Origin: Deltaproteobacteria bacterium
GTDB lineage: Bacteria > Desulfobacterota_D > UBA1144 > Nemesobacterales > CSP1-2
Assembly (NCBI GenBank): GCA_052390235.1
Contig: JBQTHB010000002.1
Coordinates: 1 to 64,000 of the forward strand
DNA: 64,000 nucleotides
Reading direction: 5' to 3'
Both the position numbers and the translations under genes were made by a program. Below, piece after piece: positions 60,626-64,000 of the stretch; the first letter of the stretch is position 1; the number at the start of each line of letters is the position of its first letter. The notes under the pieces were generated by a model. The model did no database searches and was not told where the DNA came from. It saw only the letters and a list, made by a program, of their open reading frames with translations.

Positions 60626-61040
60626 CCTCTTCGCCCCGTGTCATTTCGAGCAATAGCGAGAAATCTCAAATAAGATTCCTCTCTGCGTTCGGAATGACAG
60701 AGTTGAGAGAAGGGGGCGCTTAATACCGAGCGGATACTCGTATGTCATTCTCACGAAAGTAGAGAATCCAGAGCTTGACTCCGCTCCCTTCGGCGTAGTT
60801 TATAGTGAGCTTAGTCGAAGCGCTCGCCCTTTGACTCCGCTCAGGGTGAAGAGGAATTGGATTCCCGCTCAGATGGCTTGCGGGAATGACAGCGTGTTGA
60901 GGCGTTCGGAATGACACTCCCCTCTGCGTTATTTTGCCTCTTCGCCCCGTGTCATTTCGAGCAATAGCGAGAAATCTTGAATAAGATTCCTCTCTGGGCG
61001 TTCGGAATGACAAGAAGTGAGGTGTTCGGAATGACAGAGG
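60626..61040. repeat. Mosaic palindromic repeat cluster
   Basis: TGTCATTTCGAGCAATAGCGAGAAATCT at 60639 and 60950, with a full module series between. Confidence 0.92.
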
Positions 61041-61218
61041 TGAGAGAGGAGTGGCGGAAGCTCCGTCGCTATACTTTTGCTCATATTCACTGTGGGACAT
61101 ACCTTCGGAACGACGCGCGAGGTATTATCCTAGTATCTCATCGCCTGCCGCGCATCACTTACGGCGGCCTCTCTTAGCGTTTTTGCGGCTAGACGATATA
61201 CAATGGAGGTGGTTCACA

Positions 61219-61389
61219 ATGGGAAAATTAGGCTCTAGGCTTGGCATTGCCGGCGAGTTGCTGCAATTTTTCTGGGGGCGCAAGTGGTGGTGGATTACGC
61301 CGATGCTCATTCTGCTCATAGCCCTCGGCATATTGATAGCGTTTGCCCAAAGCTCTGCTGTTGCCCCGTTTATTTACACGCTGTTCTAA
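61219..61389 (+). CDS. 56-aa membrane micro-protein, DUF5989/SxtK-like
   Basis: GGAGG RBS; MGKLGSRLGIAGELLQFFWGRKWWWITP...SSAVAPFIYTLF. Confidence 0.85.
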   Translation: MGKLGSRLGIAGELLQFFWGRKWWWITPMLILLIALGILIAFAQSSAVAPFIYTLF

Positions 61390-61415
61390 GTTTCGCTGTT
61401 TGGAGGTTGCCTTCG

Positions 61416-62447
61416 ATGAAAAAAATTCTGCGTCTCCTCTTTCTCTCCGTATTCGGTCTCGGTGTAGGATTAATAATAGCGGAGTTCGCGTCGCGGCTTT
61501 TTCTCCCCGCGCCCGTGCCTTGGAAATTCCCCCTGCTCAGGTACGAGGTGGCGGCTGACTGCGGTTACCGGTTTCAGCCGAATAGAGAGGGATACCAGCT
61601 CTCAGGGCTTGCCCGTATCAACCGAGACGGCTTTCGCGGGGGCGATTGGGAGATTGAAAAACCTGCGGGCGTGAAGCGAATCCTAATTCTCGGCGACTCC
61701 ATGGCATTTGGCCCTGGGATGAACGACGACGAGACTTTCACCGCTCTGATGGAGGCGTCTCTGAACGAGGGCGCGCCCTTGGGAACTCGCTACGAGGTAA
61801 TGAATTTCAGCGTGCCGGGATACGACACGGGGCATGAAATCTGCATCCTTGAGCGATACGCTATGAAATTCAAGCCCGATGCCGTGTTTCTCAATTTCTA
61901 TCTCAACGACCTCATCTACGTGCGCGACTACGGCGTCTATCCGCAACTGTTTAAACAGGGGGAGAAGGCTTTTAACGAGTCCAATTGGAAACGTCGCGAG
62001 CTTATACGCAAAAGCCGCCTCGTCATGACAATTTGGGATTTGATGCAGGCGAGAGCCGAAACCCAGATGACCCGAATCGTGCGCGCTTACGTCGAGGAGG
62101 GAGTCGCTCCGCCGAAGGGCAATGAGGACGGCTGGCAGTTTGTCGAGGGCAAACTCGCAGAATTTAAGAAACTCGCATCCGGCAACGGATTCAAACCCGC
62201 CCTTGTGATTTTACCTCTACCGCAGGAGGTGCAGGGGGCCGGAGGGAAATCCACATATCCCGAATACCTTAACCTCAAAGCCTCAGCCGCCGGAATTGAT
62301 TTCATCGAGATGCTCCCCGCGCTCAAACAAAGCGGCCTCACATTCAATGAAATTTTAATCCCCTACGACAACCATCTTAACCGAGAAGGACACCGCATTG
62401 CGGCACAGGCTCTAGCTGAGGCGGCAGCGAGGATGCTCGGCGAGTAG
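61416..62447 (+). CDS. Membrane-anchored SGNH/GDSL family protein
   Basis: N-terminal TM, INRDGFRG, LGDSMAFG, YLND, DNHLNREGH; GGAGG RBS. Confidence 0.88.
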   Translation: MKKILRLLFLSVFGLGVGLIIAEFASRLFLPAPVPWKFPLLRYEVAADCGYRFQPNREGYQLSGLARINRDGFRGGDWEIEKPAGVKRILILGDSMAFGPGMNDDETFTALMEASLNEGAPLGTRYEVMNFSVPGYDTGHEICILERYAMKFKPDAVFLNFYLNDLIYVRDYGVYPQLFKQGEKAFNESNWKRRELIRKSRLVMTIWDLMQARAETQMTRIVRAYVEEGVAPPKGNEDGWQFVEGKLAEFKKLASGNGFKPALVILPLPQEVQGAGGKSTYPEYLNLKASAAGIDFIEMLPALKQSGLTFNEILIPYDNHLNREGHRIAAQALAEAAARMLGE

Positions 62448-62513
62448 TAGCGCTCTTACCCCCACTGACCCCGTTGACCAAGCGCGGGGAGACACTGAAA
62501 AAACTGAGAAATT

Positions 62514-63317
62514 ATGGACAAGATAAGCCAAAAACACGAAAAACTAATTGCCTTGATAAAACCGCTCGAGTCCGCAATCATCGCCTTTTCGGGCGGCGTT
62601 GACAGCGCGCTTGTGCTGAAAGTCGCCTTCGCCACTCTTGGGAGCAGGGCTATTGCCGCCACAGCTGACTCCCCGTCCCTGCCGAGACGAGAGCTTCGAG
62701 AGGCTCAGCGGGTTGCCGAGTCCATCGGCGCAAGGCACGTCATCATCGAGACAGGCGAGATGCAGGATGAAAATTACGCGAAGAACCCTCCTAACCGGTG
62801 CTATTTCTGCAAATCCGAGCTATATTCAAAGCTACTGAAAATCGCCGCCCGCGAGGGAATATCCCATATTCTAAACGGGACACAGTACGACGACCTCTCG
62901 GACTATCGCCCAGGGCTTCTCGCCGCATCCGAGCAAAAAATCCTCTCTCCGCTTGCCGATGCCGGACTGTCCAAATCCGAGGTAAGGGCTTTAGCCCGCC
63001 TGCTCGGTCTCGAGGTGTGGGATAAGCCCGCAAGCCCTTGCCTCTCGTCGCGGATTCCTCACGGGAGCGAGGTTACGCCTGAGAAACTCGCCGCAATTGA
63101 ATACGCCGAGGAATTCCTGCGGGGGTTCGGCATCCGAGAACTGAGAGTGCGCCACTTCGGACTCCGCGCCAGAATCGAGACGGGGAGCGAGTACTTCTCC
63201 ACAATTCGAGATAACTTCGGCGTTATCCAAGACCGCTTCAAAGCCGCCGGATTCGCCCACATTGAGCTTCGGCAGTTCAGGAGCGGCGCTCTCAATCCAG
63301 CGCGCAGGGATTCATAA
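62514..63317 (+). CDS. larE: ATP-dependent sulfur transferase LarE (nickel-pincer cofactor)
   Basis: PP-loop AFSGGVDS, NRCYFCK, DYRPG, WDKPASPCLSSRIP, LRVRH. Confidence 0.92.
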   Translation: MDKISQKHEKLIALIKPLESAIIAFSGGVDSALVLKVAFATLGSRAIAATADSPSLPRRELREAQRVAESIGARHVIIETGEMQDENYAKNPPNRCYFCKSELYSKLLKIAAREGISHILNGTQYDDLSDYRPGLLAASEQKILSPLADAGLSKSEVRALARLLGLEVWDKPASPCLSSRIPHGSEVTPEKLAAIEYAEEFLRGFGIRELRVRHFGLRARIETGSEYFSTIRDNFGVIQDRFKAAGFAHIELRQFRSGALNPARRDS

Positions 63318-63388
63318 TCCACAAAGCAGGAGGAATCCCCCTTTGCGATACTATTGAGGGGCAACCTCTCCAGCAAAACTAATAAATC

Positions 63389-64000
63389 ATGCAAAGAGAA
63401 AAAATCAGAGAAATCCTCGCCGGTGTGGAGCGCGGCGAAATTCCCGTTGACCATGCTCTAAAATCCCTTGAGAGGCTGCCTTTCGAGGACATCGCATTTG
63501 CCAATATTGACCATCACAGGGCTTTGCGCAAGGGCTTTCCCGAGGTCGTCTATTGCGAGGGCAAAACCCCAGAGCAGGCGGCGCAGATTATAGAGCGACT
63601 CTCGGAGACGGGAGACGTTCTCGCCACGCGCGCCTCGGCGGATGTTTTTCGGCTGGTTCAAACTGTAATTCCACGCGCCGAATACAGCGAAACTGCCCGT
63701 CTCATAGCCGTAAGGCAACCGGCCCAAGCAGGGGGGCGTACTCTGAAATCTGGGCTGATTCTCGTCATGAGCGCGGGAACCTCTGATATTCCCGTAGCCG
63801 AGGAAGCCGCCCTTACGGCGGAGGTCATGGGAAACCGCGTCGAACGGCTGTTCGATGTGGGAGTTGCGGGGATTCATCGCCTGTTTGCGAATAAGGCGAG
63901 AATTGACGGAGCGGCGGTGCTTGTAGTGGCTGCCGGAATGGACGGGGCGTTGCCCTCGGTTGTTTCGGGGCTAGTGTCGAAACCGGTTATTGCGGTGCCT
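63389..64000 (+). CDS. larB: Nickel-pincer cofactor biosynthesis carboxylase/hydrolase LarB (partial, runs off the window end)
   Basis: Not in the ORF track. MQREKIRE...IDHHRALRKGFPEVVYCEGKT...AGTSDIPVAEEA...DVGVAGIHRL...AGMDGALPSVVSGLV..PVIAVP. Confidence 0.93.
   Translation, partial: MQREKIREILAGVERGEIPVDHALKSLERLPFEDIAFANIDHHRALRKGFPEVVYCEGKTPEQAAQIIERLSETGDVLATRASADVFRLVQTVIPRAEYSETARLIAVRQPAQAGGRTLKSGLILVMSAGTSDIPVAEEAALTAEVMGNRVERLFDVGVAGIHRLFANKARIDGAAVLVVAAGMDGALPSVVSGLVSKPVIAVP

Noticed and set aside
23490..61040. Repeat clusters as CRISPR arrays or IS elements
   Set aside because: No constant repeat with unique spacers, and the spacers are themselves repeated. No cas or transposase ORF and no clear target-site duplications.
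58580..62447. Saxitoxin cluster (sxtI/J/K/L-like genes)
   Set aside because: No sxtA-type PKS or amidinotransferase is present; the context is polysaccharide biosynthesis.
62514..64000. queC/asnB-like and purE calls for the last two genes
   Set aside because: CLSSR and DHHR..RKGFPEV / AGMDGALPS motifs, together with their adjacency, identify LarE and LarB.

Overview
Bacterial genomic DNA, probably from a diderm given the lipoprotein export components. No rRNA, tRNA, CRISPR array or transposase was recognised. It has two parts. (1) 1-9.4 kb is an envelope signalling region: a partial exported DUF4394-like gene, an ECF sigma factor, and a convergent minus-strand run of a YVTN beta-propeller, a lipoprotein TPR-CHAT protease and a membrane zinc-finger anti-sigma. 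An exported TldD-like protease follows. (2) About 11-64 kb is one co-directional surface-polysaccharide locus: Wza/Wzc, DivIVA, TPR-CBM, DnaJ-LysM, a NusG paralog, rmlACB, gmd, Wzm/Wzt, a CDP-sugar C-methylation module, about 12 glycosyltransferases, 7 methyltransferases, 3 acyltransferases and a Wzy-like protein. It ends in DUF362, a carbamoyltransferase module and larE-larB. About ten mosaic GTCATT...AATC / GATT...AATGAC palindrome clusters sit between gene blocks. Strongest leads: (a) the DUF362 protein carries a LarA-like H-x9-K...H motif next to nickel-pincer cofactor genes; (b) a DltX-like FIYxxF micro-protein plus an SGNH protein may relay carbamoyl groups across the membrane; (c) the CHAT/anti-sigma/ECF cascade, with a candidate promoter and cleavage site; (d) the circularly permuted repeat unit. 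All family calls come from reading motifs by eye; no database searches were run.
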